In this document: positions 10,272 to 21,382 of the stretch, piece by piece
Position numbering within the stretch: position 1 is the first letter of the stretch
How the letters are laid out: every line of letters begins with the position of its first letter
NCBI GenBank assembly: GCA_944391755.1
Contig: CALXUT010000011.1
Location: forward strand, 11,261 to 75,260
Length of the DNA stretch: 64,000 bases
DNA from: an uncultured Clostridia bacterium
GTDB taxonomy: Bacteria > Bacillota > Clostridia > TANB77 > CAG-508
Reading direction: 5' to 3'
Program-made: the position numbers and the translations under genes
The notes under the pieces: model-generated
What the model saw: only the letters and a program-made list of their open reading frames with translations
Database searches by the model: none
What the model was told of the DNA's origin: nothing

Positions 10272-10373
10272 AAAAATTCCTCCATAAATAGTTTATTCAG
10301 CATAAAGCCAATCAATCTTATACTATAAATAAAGAATTATGTAAATACAAAACAAAAAATATTTTCCAAACTA

Positions 10374-10402
10374 TTGTTTAATTTTAAATTATATAGTATA
10401 AT
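10374..10402 (+). promoter_or_regulatory. Sigma-A-type promoter of uvrA
   Basis: TTGTTT, 17-nt spacer, TATAAT, about 28 nt upstream of the uvrA ATG. Confidence 0.5.
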
Positions 10403-10429
10403 AATTCTGTTAAGCAGGAGGGAATTAGA

Positions 10430-13255
10430 ATGAATGACAAAATCATTATAAAAGGAGCAAAAGAACATAATTTAAAAAATATAAATTTAGAAATACCAAG
10501 AGATAAACTAGTTGTCATAACAGGACTTTCTGGATCTGGAAAATCGTCTTTAGCATTTGATACCTTATATGCAGAAGGACAAAGAAGATATGTAGAAAGT
10601 TTATCATCCTATGCTCGTCAATTCTTAGGATTAATGGAAAAACCAGATGTAGAATCCATAGAAGGTTTGTCACCAGCCATATCGATAGACCAAAAAACAA
10701 CATCTAAAAATCCTCGTTCTACAGTAGGTACAGTAACAGAAATATATGATTATATAAGACTATTATTTGCAAGAATTGGAACGCCATATTGTCCAAACTG
10801 TGGTAAGAAAATAGAAAAACAATCTATAGACCAGATTGTAGATAATGTCTTGAAACTAGAAATGGGAACAAGAATTCAAGTATTAGCACCAGTTGTTAGA
10901 GGAAGAAAAGGAGAATATACAAAATTATTCGAAGATTTGCAAAAAGATGGATTTGCAAGAGTAAGAGTTGATGGGGAAAACTATGAATTAACCGATGAAA
11001 TAAAATTAGATAAAAATAAAAAACATGAAATAGAAATTGTAGTGGATAGATTGGTCATCAAAGAAGATATTACAGCAAGACTTACAGAATCTATAGAAGT
11101 TGCTTTAAAACATGCAGATAATTTAGTATTAATCGACATTATAGGAAAAAAGCCAGTACTATATAGTTGTAATTATGCTTGTCCAGATTGTGGATTTAGT
11201 TTTCCAGAATTAACACCAAGAATGTTTTCATTCAATAACCCATATGGAGCATGTCCAAAATGTTCAGGAATTGGTTATTTAATGAAAATGGATGAAGACT
11301 TAATCATTCCAGATAAAAATAAAACCTTATATGATGGTGTAAAAGCCTTTGGTTCAAGCACGATGAAAAAAGGCGAGACAATGGCAAAAATGTATTTTGA
11401 AAGTATAGGAAGGCATTATGGAGTCGATATTAAGAAAAAAATAAAAGACTTGCCAAGAGACTTTTTAGAAAAAATATTATATGGAACAGGAACAGAAGAA
11501 ATTGATTTTGAATTTGAATCACCATATGGTACAAGAAAATTCAAAGCTCCATTTGAAGGCGTTATACCAACATTAGAAAGAAGACATAATGAAACAAAAT
11601 CTCAAGGTATGAGAGATTTTTACGAGCTATATATGAGTAATATGCATTGTGATGCATGTAATGGTGCTAGATTAAAAAAAGAAATTCTTTCTATAAAAAT
11701 TGGAGATAAAAATATAAATGAATTAACTGATCTTTCTATAAGACAATTACAAGACTTTTTAAGAAATTTAGAACTAACACAATCACAAAAAATCATTGCA
11801 GATATGATTTTAAAAGAAATTGATGCAAGATTACAGTTTTTAATAGATGTAGGATTAGAATATCTTACTTTATCAAGAAGTGCTGGAACATTATCAGGAG
11901 GAGAAGCGCAAAGAATCCGATTAGCAACACAAATTGGTTCAGGATTAACAGGGGTATTATATATATTAGATGAGCCAAGTATAGGATTACATCAGAGAGA
12001 TAATGATAGATTAATAGCAACACTAAAAAAACTAAGAGATTTGGGAAATACATTATTGGTAGTAGAACATGACGAGGATACTATGTATGCAGCAGACCAA
12101 ATTATCGATATTGGACCTGGGGCAGGTGTTCATGGGGGACATGTTATTGCACAAGGAACTGCAGAAGAAATTAAACAAATAGAAGGTTCTATTACAGGAG
12201 ATTACTTAAGTGGAAGAAAAAAAATATATGTACCAAAAACAAGAAGAAAAGGAAATAAAAAAAGTATAGAAGTAATAGGAGCAACAGAAAACAATTTAAA
12301 AAATGTAAGTGTGAAATTTCCTCTAGGTGTATTTACTTGTATAACAGGAATTTCAGGATCAGGAAAAAGTACATTAATCAATGAAGTTTTATATAAAAAT
12401 ATTGCGCAACAGTTAAATGGAGCAAGTGAAAAGCCAGGAAAATGTAAACAAGTAAAAGGATTGAACAATATTGATAAAATTATTAATATAGATCAATCAC
12501 CAATTGGAAGGACACCTCGCTCTAACCCAGCTACTTATACAGGAGCATTTGATTTAATAAGAGATATTTTTGCAGGAACAAATGAAGCAAAAATGCGTGG
12601 TTATGAAAAAGGAAGATTTAGTTTTAATGTTTCAGGTGGAAGATGTGAGAGTTGTAATGGAGATGGTGTTCATAGAATAGAAATGCATTTTCTACCAGAT
12701 GTATATGTACCTTGTGAAGTATGTAAAGGTAAAAGATATAATCGAGAAACATTAGAGGTAAAATATAAAGGTAAAAATATAGCTGATGTATTAGATATGA
12801 CAGTTGAAGAAGCATTAAAATTCTTTGAAAACATACCAAAAATCAAACAAAAAATACAAACCTTATATGATGTTGGATTAGGATATATTAAATTAGGACA
12901 ACCATCCACAACATTGTCAGGTGGAGAAGCACAAAGAGTAAAATTGGCAACAGAATTATCCAAAAGAGCTACTGGCAAAACATTATATATATTAGATGAA
13001 CCTACAACAGGACTTCATATTGCAGATGTTCATAGATTAGTAGATATTTTACAAAGACTTGTAGATACAGGAAATACGATTATTGTTATTGAACATAATT
13101 TAGATTTAATAAAAACAGCAGATTATATTATTGATTTAGGACCAGAAGGTGGAGATGCAGGAGGAGAAATCATTGCTGTTGGAACACCTGAACAAATTTG
13201 TAAAAATGAAAGAAGTTATACAGGAAAGTTCTTAAAGAAATATTTAGAAGAATAA
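10430..13255 (+). CDS. uvrA: Excinuclease ABC subunit A
   Basis: Full-length UvrA: two ABC modules ([18 protein letters not shown]), zinc-finger Cys clusters, LSGGE signatures. Confidence 0.97.
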   Translation: MNDKIIIKGAKEHNLKNINLEIPRDKLVVITGLSGSGKSSLAFDTLYAEGQRRYVESLSSYARQFLGLMEKPDVESIEGLSPAISIDQKTTSKNPRSTVGTVTEIYDYIRLLFARIGTPYCPNCGKKIEKQSIDQIVDNVLKLEMGTRIQVLAPVVRGRKGEYTKLFEDLQKDGFARVRVDGENYELTDEIKLDKNKKHEIEIVVDRLVIKEDITARLTESIEVALKHADNLVLIDIIGKKPVLYSCNYACPDCGFSFPELTPRMFSFNNPYGACPKCSGIGYLMKMDEDLIIPDKNKTLYDGVKAFGSSTMKKGETMAKMYFESIGRHYGVDIKKKIKDLPRDFLEKILYGTGTEEIDFEFESPYGTRKFKAPFEGVIPTLERRHNETKSQGMRDFYELYMSNMHCDACNGARLKKEILSIKIGDKNINELTDLSIRQLQDFLRNLELTQSQKIIADMILKEIDARLQFLIDVGLEYLTLSRSAGTLSGGEAQRIRLATQIGSGLTGVLYILDEPSIGLHQRDNDRLIATLKKLRDLGNTLLVVEHDEDTMYAADQIIDIGPGAGVHGGHVIAQGTAEEIKQIEGSITGDYLSGRKKIYVPKTRRKGNKKSIEVIGATENNLKNVSVKFPLGVFTCITGISGSGKSTLINEVLYKNIAQQLNGASEKPGKCKQVKGLNNIDKIINIDQSPIGRTPRSNPATYTGAFDLIRDIFAGTNEAKMRGYEKGRFSFNVSGGRCESCNGDGVHRIEMHFLPDVYVPCEVCKGKRYNRETLEVKYKGKNIADVLDMTVEEALKFFENIPKIKQKIQTLYDVGLGYIKLGQPSTTLSGGEAQRVKLATELSKRATGKTLYILDEPTTGLHIADVHRLVDILQRLVDTGNTIIVIEHNLDLIKTADYIIDLGPEGGDAGGEIIAVGTPEQICKNERSYTGKFLKKYLEE

Positions 13256-13322
13256 CAACTTTACATAATAATAAAAATATGGTATAATAAGGATATTCTA
13301 AAGAAGAAAGGAGTATTCCGCG

Positions 13323-13691
13323 ATGAAAAAATTAATCGTGATCTTCTTGGGCGTTTTGGTAGGCTCCATTATACCTACCATAAATTTTAACCAGGAAGAA
13401 ATCTTGGGGGTTACCATGCTACTGATTGTGGGAAATATCATTTTCGAAAGCTTCTTCAAGAGAGAATATATGCGGTATTTATCCATATTTTTCTCCTGTA
13501 TTGCAGTAGGGCTGCTAAGCACATTGTTGTTCCTTAACTGGAATAAAATCGCACAAGCAATTACTTTGGTTGTTTTTGTGATCGGTGCGATTGCAATAAC
13601 TGCAATTATTGGCATTCGAGAAAACAACAGTAAAACACATGGAAAAAGGCAAGACAATGGCATAAATGCCAATGATTCTCAAGAGGAATAA
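13323..13691 (+). CDS. Small integral membrane protein (3-4 TM), hypothetical
   Basis: Hydrophobic segments throughout. RBS aaggag upstream. Visibly higher G+C than uvrA/recN. Confidence 0.55.
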   Translation: MKKLIVIFLGVLVGSIIPTINFNQEEILGVTMLLIVGNIIFESFFKREYMRYLSIFFSCIAVGLLSTLLFLNWNKIAQAITLVVFVIGAIAITAIIGIRENNSKTHGKRQDNGINANDSQEE

Positions 13692-13904
13692 GCCTAGCCT
13701 CGCTACTGGAATTCAGGTGGTGAGGTTTCTTTATATAATAGGAAAGTATTACTTTCCTATTATATAAAAAGCTACAATCGCTAGCCCTTTGAGATTTTTT
13801 TCTTTTAGTCGAAAACTCAAATCGGGCGAGAACAAATTAAAGAAAAATCTTTGATTTTTCTTATTTGTTCTTCAAATGTTATAATTTACTTCTCTTGAAT
13901 AAAA

Positions 13905-13918
13905 AGAAAAAATGTTCG
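13905..13918 (+). promoter_or_regulatory. Degenerate LexA (Cheo-box-like) site upstream of recN promoter
   Basis: AGAAAAAATGTTCG matches the Bacillus-type consensus CGAACATATGTTCG at 11 of 14 positions. Confidence 0.3.
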
Positions 13919-13927
13919 TAAAAACTA

Positions 13928-13956
13928 TTGACAAAAAATAAAAAAGTCAATATAAT
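13928..13956 (+). promoter_or_regulatory. Sigma-A promoter of recN
   Basis: Perfect TTGACA, 17-nt spacer, TATAAT. Confidence 0.75.
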
Positions 13957-13961
13957 AAAAG

Positions 13962-13975
13962 CGAACATTTTTTTG
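13962..13975 (+). promoter_or_regulatory. Degenerate LexA (Cheo-box-like) site overlapping predicted recN transcription start
   Basis: CGAACATTTTTTTG matches CGAACATATGTTCG at 11 of 14 positions, 6 nt after the -10 hexamer. Confidence 0.35.
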
Positions 13976-13992
13976 CGTTGCTGGAGGTATAT

Positions 13993-15624
13993 ATGATAAC
14001 AAATTTACATATAAAAAATATAGGGATTATAGAAGATTTAGAAATAAATTTCAATAAAGGAATGAATGTATTAACAGGAGAAACAGGAGCTGGAAAAACA
14101 TTAATTATAGACTCATTAGGAATCATTTGTGGTGGAAGATTTTCAAAAGAAATGATAAGAAAAGGAGAAAATCATTCATTTGTAGAACTATGCATATATG
14201 CACCAAAAGACATAAACGCTATAGATGGAAATATCATCATTTCAAGAGAAATCTATAGTAATGGGAGAAATATGTGTAAAATAAATGGTAGATTTGTTAC
14301 TGTAAATGAGCTAAAAAATTTTATGAGTCATTATATGGAAATACATGGACAAAATGACAACCAACAATTATTAGATAGTAGAACACACAAGAAATATTTA
14401 GATAATTTTGCTGGAGAGACTCTGGTACAATTTAAACAGGATTACAAAAATAAATATATAAGATATAATGAAATAAAAAGAGAATTAAGAGAAAACTATG
14501 GAGATGAGAAAGAAAAACAAAGAAAGCTAGATTTATTAAAATATCAATTAAATGAGATAGAAGAGGCTAAATTAAAAGACGGAGAAGAAGAAAAATTAAA
14601 TGAAAAAAGAAAAGTCATGATGAATTCAGAAAAAATAGCAAAAAGTATATCTGAAGCAGATACAGCAATCAGTGAAAACACGATAGATATATTATCAAGT
14701 GCTATAAGAGCATTAGAAAAAATAGAAGATATTGATAAAAAATATGAAGAAACTGCATCTTCTTTAAAAAATATATATTATGAATTACAAGAAATAGAAC
14801 GAGATATCAATAGTTTTCGTGAAGATATAGAGTTTAATGAACAAGAAAGAGAAGAAATAGAAACAAGGCTAGACTTACTATATGATTTAAAAAGAAAATA
14901 TGGAAACAATATAAAAGAAATATTAGCATATGGAGAAGAAATCAAACAAGAAATAGATAAAATAGAAAATGTAGATGAACACAATAATCAATTAAAAAAA
15001 GAACAAGAAATATTAGAAAAACAAATGACAGAAATAGCTAATAAAATAAGTGAAATAAGAAAACAATATGCTAAACAATTGAGCGAAAAAATCAATAAAG
15101 AATTAGTAGAATTAGAAATGAAAAATGCAAAAATTAATGTAAGAGTTGATTATAAAATAAATGATTTTTTTGAAGATGGAAAAGATGAAGTCGAAATATT
15201 TATAAAAACCAATATTGGAGAAAATGAAAATCCATTAATCAAAATTGCATCTGGTGGAGAAATGTCAAGAATTATGTTAGCAATTAAAAAAGTATTAGCA
15301 GAAACAGATCAAATTCCAATTTTAATATTTGATGAAATTGATACCGGAATAAGTGGAAAAGCAGCAAAAGCAGTAGCAGAAAAATTAAAAAATATAGCAA
15401 CAACACATCAAGTATTATGCATATCTCATTTAGCACCAATAGCAGCAGTAGCAGACAATAACTATTTTATAAGTAAAAATGTGGAAAATGACAGAACAAG
15501 TACAAAAATAAAATTATTAGATGAACAAGAAGTTTTATGTGAGATTGCTAGAATATCTTCAGGAGAAGTAAATGAAGTAACCTTACAATATGCTCATGAA
15601 TTGAGAAATAAAAAAGCATCTTAA
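13993..15624 (+). CDS. recN: DNA repair protein RecN
   Basis: N-terminal LHIKNIGIIEDLEINF...LTGETGAGKT Walker A, long coiled coil, C-terminal SGGE and LIFDEIDTGISG. ATG 13993 follows RBS ggagg. Confidence 0.95.
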   Translation: MITNLHIKNIGIIEDLEINFNKGMNVLTGETGAGKTLIIDSLGIICGGRFSKEMIRKGENHSFVELCIYAPKDINAIDGNIIISREIYSNGRNMCKINGRFVTVNELKNFMSHYMEIHGQNDNQQLLDSRTHKKYLDNFAGETLVQFKQDYKNKYIRYNEIKRELRENYGDEKEKQRKLDLLKYQLNEIEEAKLKDGEEEKLNEKRKVMMNSEKIAKSISEADTAISENTIDILSSAIRALEKIEDIDKKYEETASSLKNIYYELQEIERDINSFREDIEFNEQEREEIETRLDLLYDLKRKYGNNIKEILAYGEEIKQEIDKIENVDEHNNQLKKEQEILEKQMTEIANKISEIRKQYAKQLSEKINKELVELEMKNAKINVRVDYKINDFFEDGKDEVEIFIKTNIGENENPLIKIASGGEMSRIMLAIKKVLAETDQIPILIFDEIDTGISGKAAKAVAEKLKNIATTHQVLCISHLAPIAAVADNNYFISKNVENDRTSTKIKLLDEQEVLCEIARISSGEVNEVTLQYAHELRNKKAS

Positions 15625-15774
15625 TCTGTTAATAGCAAGGCTCATTTTGACTGATAATGGTAAAAGTGGTATAATAGAAGTAATATTCGTGGGTACAGCG
15701 AACTACAATAAATGTACCATTTTTGTGAATTGTTACTAGAATTTTGGTAACAAGCAAAAAGTCTGGAGGTAGTT

Positions 15775-16029
15775 ATGTTCAGAAAAATGTGTGAGACAAT
15801 AGTAAAATACCAGTTTATCTTCTTTGTCTCATTCTTCGGCATGATTGCAATGCTTGGACTCTCAATGTTTCGGTTTATAACCGAAAATTTTTGGGAGCCC
15901 AGTCTGGAGAACCGATATGGATTCACTATACTAATCATCTTTGTCAGTGCATTCCTAGCTATAGAAATCATTGCTTTTATGCAGGATTTTCTCACAGTGA
16001 AAGAAGGCGGCACCATTTTTATTATTTAA
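15775..16029 (+). CDS. Small membrane protein (2-3 TM), hypothetical
   Basis: Hydrophobic 84-aa ORF with RBS ggaggt upstream. The overlapping minus-strand ORF was judged spurious. Confidence 0.45.
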   Translation: MFRKMCETIVKYQFIFFVSFFGMIAMLGLSMFRFITENFWEPSLENRYGFTILIIFVSAFLAIEIIAFMQDFLTVKEGGTIFII

Positions 16030-16170
16030 AAAGTGACCAAGGTCGCTTTGTTCATAAGAAAAATTTAATAAATAATTAATAAAAAATATATAGTAAAAAA
16101 AGAAATGTAATGATATAATGACCATATAAAAAATAAATGGTCATTTTTTTCTGGCTAAAAAGGGGGTAAT

Positions 16171-17784
16171 ATGAAAAAAGTATATTATAACGGCTCAATC
16201 ATTACTTTAGGAAAAAATGAAAATGTAGAAGCAGTTTTAATAGAAAATGGAAAAATTATAGAAGTAGGAAATGAAGCCCAAATATTCAAATTAATAGGAG
16301 GAGAGGAGGTAGAAAAAGTAGATTTAAATGGAAAATGTTTAATGCCAGCATTTATTGATTCACATAGCCATATAACAGCATTAGCGCAAACACTTGGAAT
16401 AGCACATCTAGAAAAATGTTCAAATTTTGAAGATATCATAGAAACTATGAAGAAATTTAAAATGGAAAACAACAAAAATGATAAAGAATGGCTAATTGGG
16501 TTTGGATATGATCATAATTTGTTAGAAGAAAAAATGCATCCAACGAAAGAGATTTTAGATCAAATATCTAAAGAAAATCCCATCATGATAACACATCAGT
16601 CGGGACACATGGGAGTAGTTAATACAAAAGCATTAGAAATATTAGGGATAACTGAAAATACAAAATCTCCAGAAGGTGGAACTATTGGAAGAGAAAAAGG
16701 TACACAAATGCCCAATGGTTATTTAGAAGAAAATGCTTTTATCAATGCAACCAAAAATACAATGAATGTAACCAATGAGCAAATGATGAACCAAATAAAG
16801 ATGGCAGAAAAGATATATGCAAGTTTTGGAATAACAACCGTTCAAGATGGAATCACAAAAGAAAAGGAATTTGAATTATTAAAATACATGGCAGAAAAAC
16901 AAATGTTAAACCTAGATATAGTAAGTTATGTAGATATAAAAAATTCCAAAGAAATTGTGGAACAAAATAAAAACTTTGTGAAGAACTATCATCATCATTA
17001 TAAAATTGGAGGATACAAATTATTTTTAGATGGTTCCCCACAAGGGAAAACGGCATGGATGAGTGAACCATATGAAGGAGAAACGGAATATAGAGGATAT
17101 CCAATTTATACGGATGAACAAGTAGAAAAATATGTTAAAACTGCATTAGATGAAAAAATGCAATTAATTACACATTGTAATGGAGATGCAGCAGCAGAAC
17201 AATTGATAGAAGCATATGAAAAACAAGATATAGAAAATTATTACAGACCAGTCATGATACATGCACAACTTGTAAGACATGATCAATTAAAAAGAATGAA
17301 AAAAATACATATGATTCCATCATTTTTTGTAGCACATGTCTATTATTGGGGAGATATCCATATAAAAAATTTTGGAGAAAGAGCACAAGATATTAGTCCT
17401 ATAAAAAGTGCAATAGAAGAAAATTTAGTATATACAATGCATCAAGATACACCAGTTATCATGGCAAATATGTTTGAAACAATATGGTGTGCAGTAACTC
17501 GTAGAACTCAAAAAGGAATTGAGTTAGGAGAGAAGCAAAAGATCACTGTATTAGATGCTATAAAAGGTGTAACCATAAATGTAGCCTATCAATATTTTGA
17601 AGAAAATGAAAAAGGAAGCATAGAAAAAGGAAAAAATGCAGATTTCATTATAATCGATAAAAATCCTTTAGAAATAGATATGGATGACATAAAAAATATA
17701 AAAATCATATATACAATAAAAAATGGACAAATCATTTATGAAAACAAGGAGAATGAAAATGCCAGAACGAATAGAAGTAACTAA
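16171..17784 (+). CDS. Amidohydrolase family protein (YtcJ-like, Amidohydro_3)
   Basis: PAFIDSHSHI metal-binding motif, HCNGDAA, HQDTPV, GSIEKGKNADFIIID C-terminal motif. Confidence 0.85.
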   Translation: MKKVYYNGSIITLGKNENVEAVLIENGKIIEVGNEAQIFKLIGGEEVEKVDLNGKCLMPAFIDSHSHITALAQTLGIAHLEKCSNFEDIIETMKKFKMENNKNDKEWLIGFGYDHNLLEEKMHPTKEILDQISKENPIMITHQSGHMGVVNTKALEILGITENTKSPEGGTIGREKGTQMPNGYLEENAFINATKNTMNVTNEQMMNQIKMAEKIYASFGITTVQDGITKEKEFELLKYMAEKQMLNLDIVSYVDIKNSKEIVEQNKNFVKNYHHHYKIGGYKLFLDGSPQGKTAWMSEPYEGETEYRGYPIYTDEQVEKYVKTALDEKMQLITHCNGDAAAEQLIEAYEKQDIENYYRPVMIHAQLVRHDQLKRMKKIHMIPSFFVAHVYYWGDIHIKNFGERAQDISPIKSAIEENLVYTMHQDTPVIMANMFETIWCAVTRRTQKGIELGEKQKITVLDAIKGVTINVAYQYFEENEKGSIEKGKNADFIIIDKNPLEIDMDDIKNIKIIYTIKNGQIIYENKENENARTNRSN

Positions 17785-18289
17785 TATGAAACAAAACTCT
17801 AAAAATAGAGAATATGTAATAGAAAATGTAAAAAAAGAAGGAGCATTATTAGAATTTGCTTGTTCAGAATTTAGAGATGATAAAGAAATCGTATTAGAAG
17901 CATTACATAATAATCCAGAAGCATTAGAATTTGCAAGCGACAGATTAAAAGGAGACAGAGAGGTTGTGTATGAATCTGTCAGTCAAGTCGGATGGACATA
18001 TTGTTATGCAAAAGAAAATTTATTAGAGGATAAAGAATTATTAATCGCAGGTTTGAAAAAATCTGGACAAATTCTTTATTTTGCAACACAAGAAATGAGA
18101 GATGACAAAGAAGTAGTTATGGTAGCAGTAACCAATAAACCTATCATCATAAAATATGCAAGTAAGAGATTAAGAGAAGACAAAGAAATTGGATTAGCCG
18201 CGATGAATGTAAGTAAAAAATGTTATGAGTTTTTAGGGCCAGAATTGAAAAAAGATGAAGATATTTTGGCTATATTAAATAAAGAATAA
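17759..18289 (+). CDS. DUF4116-repeat protein
   Basis: Repeated DDKEIVLEAL...ALEFAS / DDKEVVMVAV...KYAS units typical of DUF4116. ATG 17759 is 8 nt after aaggag. Confidence 0.6.
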   Translation: MPERIEVTNMKQNSKNREYVIENVKKEGALLEFACSEFRDDKEIVLEALHNNPEALEFASDRLKGDREVVYESVSQVGWTYCYAKENLLEDKELLIAGLKKSGQILYFATQEMRDDKEVVMVAVTNKPIIIKYASKRLREDKEIGLAAMNVSKKCYEFLGPELKKDEDILAILNKE

Positions 18290-18345
18290 AATATATAAAA
18301 ATGAAAAAAGAAAGGGGGAATTCCGAGAGAAAATCGGAGAGGAAT

Positions 18346-18951
18346 ATGAAATTTTTGAAAAAAATAAATACAGGTCTAATATTAACAATTATAGTGGTAT
18401 TAGCATTAGTAGTATATTTAGTGGAAGTCGAAAGACAAAGAGAGGATGACAAAACAGAAATAAGAAGTGCTTGTGAAGAATTTATTGATGTTACTGATAA
18501 ATATTTAGTATTACCAGAAGAAATGCAAACATTAACAGGAGAAGTATCAGAAGAGGCAGAAAAAGCATATGAGCAAGAAGCAGAAGAAGCTTTAAAAGAT
18601 ATAATGGTAGACAATAGTGAAGCTGTTAAAATTCAACATCAATTTTTAGTGCAAGCATTAAAAAGAGGATATACAGATATTAATGAAGTAAGAACAAAAT
18701 ATGAAAGAAATATTACAAAAATAGCAAGTTATGAATTTGAAGGAAATACAGTAACAGTAACATTTAGCTCAGAAGTAGAAACAGAAGCAAAATATTTAAA
18801 CTACTTAAATCAAGAACAAACAAGAGCAGGATCATTTTCACCATCAAATGATGAAATTATGTTACAAAAAATTGATGGAGAATGGAAAGTTACATATGCA
18901 AATTTACAATATGACGGATATGGAAATTCTATCAGTTTAGATGTTTATTAA
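18346..18951 (+). CDS. Membrane-anchored hypothetical protein upstream of ABC transporter
   Basis: MKFLKKINTGLILTIIVVLALVVYLV signal anchor. Start chosen after RBS ggagagg. Confidence 0.55.
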   Translation: MKFLKKINTGLILTIIVVLALVVYLVEVERQREDDKTEIRSACEEFIDVTDKYLVLPEEMQTLTGEVSEEAEKAYEQEAEEALKDIMVDNSEAVKIQHQFLVQALKRGYTDINEVRTKYERNITKIASYEFEGNTVTVTFSSEVETEAKYLNYLNQEQTRAGSFSPSNDEIMLQKIDGEWKVTYANLQYDGYGNSISLDVY

Positions 18952-18971
18952 TAAAGGGGGAAAGTTTAAAA

Positions 18972-19889
18972 ATGGCTAATACTGTATTAGAAATAAAAAA
19001 TTTAAGCAAATCATTTGGAAAAAGAAAAGTAATAGATGATATCAGCCTTGAAGTAAAAGAAGGAGAAATTTATGGATTCCTTGGCCCAAATGGATCTGGA
19101 AAAACAACAACTATAAAAATGATATTAAGGATGATTGATAATGATGCTGGAGAAATTAAAGTAAATGGATATGACACAAAAAAACAATTTGAAAAAGCGA
19201 TGGAATATATAGGAGCAATTGTTGAAAATCCAGATATGTATAGATATATGACAGGAAGAGATAATTTAAAATTGCATGCAAGGATTAGAAATGTAGATGA
19301 AAAAAGAATTGATGAAATGCTAGAACTAGTTGAATTAAAAGATAGAGCAGACGACAAGGTAGGAAAATATTCTTTGGGTATGAAACAAAGATTAGGATTA
19401 GCATTAACATTACTACATAAACCAAAAGTATTAATATTAGATGAACCTACAAATGGTTTAGACCCAGCAGGAATCAAAAAGTTAAGAGATATTTTAAAAG
19501 AAATTGCACATAAAGAGGGTGTTGCGGTATTTGTATCTTCACATATTTTATCAGAAATGGAATTAATGTGTGATAAAGTAGCTGTTTTAGATAATGGAAA
19601 AATTGTAAAAACAGAAGAAATACATCAAAAAGAGGAAGAACCAACAGAAACAATAGAATTACGTGTTCAAGACACACCTAAAGCAATAGAAATATTAAAA
19701 GAAAAATTTGAAATAGAAGCAAAAAAACAAAATAATGTTTTAGAAATAACGCTTGCAACAGAGCAAGTACCTTCCGTTGTGAAAGAATTGGCGAATGCTG
19801 ATGCAGGAATAAAAGCGGTTATTCCAAAAGAACATTCATTAGAAGATATATTCTTTAATGCAACAAAAGGAGGTAATGAAAATGCGTAA
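18972..19889 (+). CDS. ABC transporter ATP-binding protein (ABC-2/bacitracin-type exporter)
   Basis: Walker A GPNGSGKTT, signature YSLGMKQR, Walker B LILDEPTNGLD. Confidence 0.92.
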   Translation: MANTVLEIKNLSKSFGKRKVIDDISLEVKEGEIYGFLGPNGSGKTTTIKMILRMIDNDAGEIKVNGYDTKKQFEKAMEYIGAIVENPDMYRYMTGRDNLKLHARIRNVDEKRIDEMLELVELKDRADDKVGKYSLGMKQRLGLALTLLHKPKVLILDEPTNGLDPAGIKKLRDILKEIAHKEGVAVFVSSHILSEMELMCDKVAVLDNGKIVKTEEIHQKEEEPTETIELRVQDTPKAIEILKEKFEIEAKKQNNVLEITLATEQVPSVVKELANADAGIKAVIPKEHSLEDIFFNATKGGNENA

Positions 19890-21327
19890 AATTATGAAAC
19901 TTTTTATTGATGAAAATATAAAAACTTGGAAAAAATTATCAACTAAAATATTAATAATTGTTATACTATTAGCTTTAGTTGGTACGATATGTCTTGTACA
20001 ATTTATAAAATATATGAATGAAAGAAATGAAACCAATACATTACCTTATGAAGATTGGAGAGATGATATACAATCTAATATAGAAGGAATTGAAACAACT
20101 TTAGCAAGTGAAGATATAGATGAACAAACAAGAACAAATTTAACAAATGAATTAGAAAGGTATCAATTGGCATTAGAAGTGGATACCAATCCTTATAGTT
20201 CCTTTTTCTACTGGAAAGTGAAAGTATTAAACAAAATTTTAGAATTAAGAAATGGAGAGCCAGAAAGTGAATTTATTTCAAAGTTAACACAAGTGCTAAA
20301 AGAAAATGATTTTTCAGGATATATACAAATTGAAAAAGAAATGGCAAAGAAATCCCTTGATAATGGAGAGATAACAGAGAATGAATATGAAGATCAAATT
20401 GTAATTTTAGATTTAAGAGAAGAATATAGAATTGGAGAAATAGAGGATGAAGATACTTGGAGAGAAGTTTTAATCCTTGAAATAGAAGAAAAACAGAGAA
20501 GTCTTAGAACAGGAATTGATTTGACAACAGGAAAAATATTAACAGCAGAGAAAAAGCAAGAAACAGAAGATGATATCAAAATGAGTATATACCAAATAGA
20601 GAATAATAAACCAAATATGAATTTTGCAAATAATAATTATAGAATGTTATTTGAAGCATTAGCACCAGGATTTGTTGTTGTAATGATTGCAATTATGGCA
20701 ATAGTAATGGCAGGAGGACAAATATCAACAGAAATTTCATCAGGATCTATTAAATTTTGGGCATTAACACCAAATAAAAGATGGAAGATTTTAACTGCAA
20801 AAATATTATCTGTATTATTTTACATAGTTGTAATTACTTTCATAATGGCTGTATTAACAATTGTTTCTGCAAACCTATTCTTTGAAGGAAATGGAACAGA
20901 ATATTTATATGTTGAAAACGGAGAAGTACAAGTAATAGGAAATGCTTTATATATGATAGAAACCTATTTTGCGAAAATAATCCCAGTTATCCTATTTGCT
21001 TTATTAGCAATTATGTTATCTGTTATAACAAGAAATACAGCTGTTGCAGTAAGCTTTAGTGTTGCAACTTACATAGGAAATGGTATTTTGATGGCAATAT
21101 TAAATTCTTTTATCAAAAAAGATTGGATAAGGTTTATCCCATTTAACAATTTGAATATTTATTCAAAAATATTCCCAAATGCGGAAAATATTATGGATAT
21201 TTTTGGAACAACAGGAACTTTTGCAACAAATACATCATTACTATTTTCACTTGCTGTATTAGGAGTATGTACAATATTAATGCTTGTTACAATGTATGAT
21301 AGCTTTAATCATAGAGATATCATCTAG
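19882..21327 (+). CDS. ABC-2 type transporter permease with large extracytoplasmic domain
   Basis: N-terminal TM, about 230-aa charged loop, then about 5 C-terminal TM segments. It overlaps the ATPase gene end. ATG 19882 is 8 nt after ggagg. Confidence 0.75.
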   Translation: MRKIMKLFIDENIKTWKKLSTKILIIVILLALVGTICLVQFIKYMNERNETNTLPYEDWRDDIQSNIEGIETTLASEDIDEQTRTNLTNELERYQLALEVDTNPYSSFFYWKVKVLNKILELRNGEPESEFISKLTQVLKENDFSGYIQIEKEMAKKSLDNGEITENEYEDQIVILDLREEYRIGEIEDEDTWREVLILEIEEKQRSLRTGIDLTTGKILTAEKKQETEDDIKMSIYQIENNKPNMNFANNNYRMLFEALAPGFVVVMIAIMAIVMAGGQISTEISSGSIKFWALTPNKRWKILTAKILSVLFYIVVITFIMAVLTIVSANLFFEGNGTEYLYVENGEVQVIGNALYMIETYFAKIIPVILFALLAIMLSVITRNTAVAVSFSVATYIGNGILMAILNSFIKKDWIRFIPFNNLNIYSKIFPNAENIMDIFGTTGTFATNTSLLFSLAVLGVCTILMLVTMYDSFNHRDII

Positions 21328-21353
21328 TAAATAGAAAAAATTACCACAAAGTC

Positions 21354-21382
21354 TTGATTTTTAAAGAGAAGTATAGTAAAAT
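21354..21382 (+). promoter_or_regulatory. Sigma-A-type promoter of rpsO
   Basis: TTGATT, 17-nt spacer, TAAAAT. The roughly 95-nt leader contains acacctatt...aataggaggtgt, which can occlude the RBS. Confidence 0.5.

Noticed and set aside
13298-13672. Minus-strand ORFs overlapping the small membrane-protein genes (13298-13672 and 15642-16016)
   Set aside because: The plus-strand alternatives have RBSs and coherent TM-helix patterns. The minus-strand products lack start context and look like shadow ORFs.
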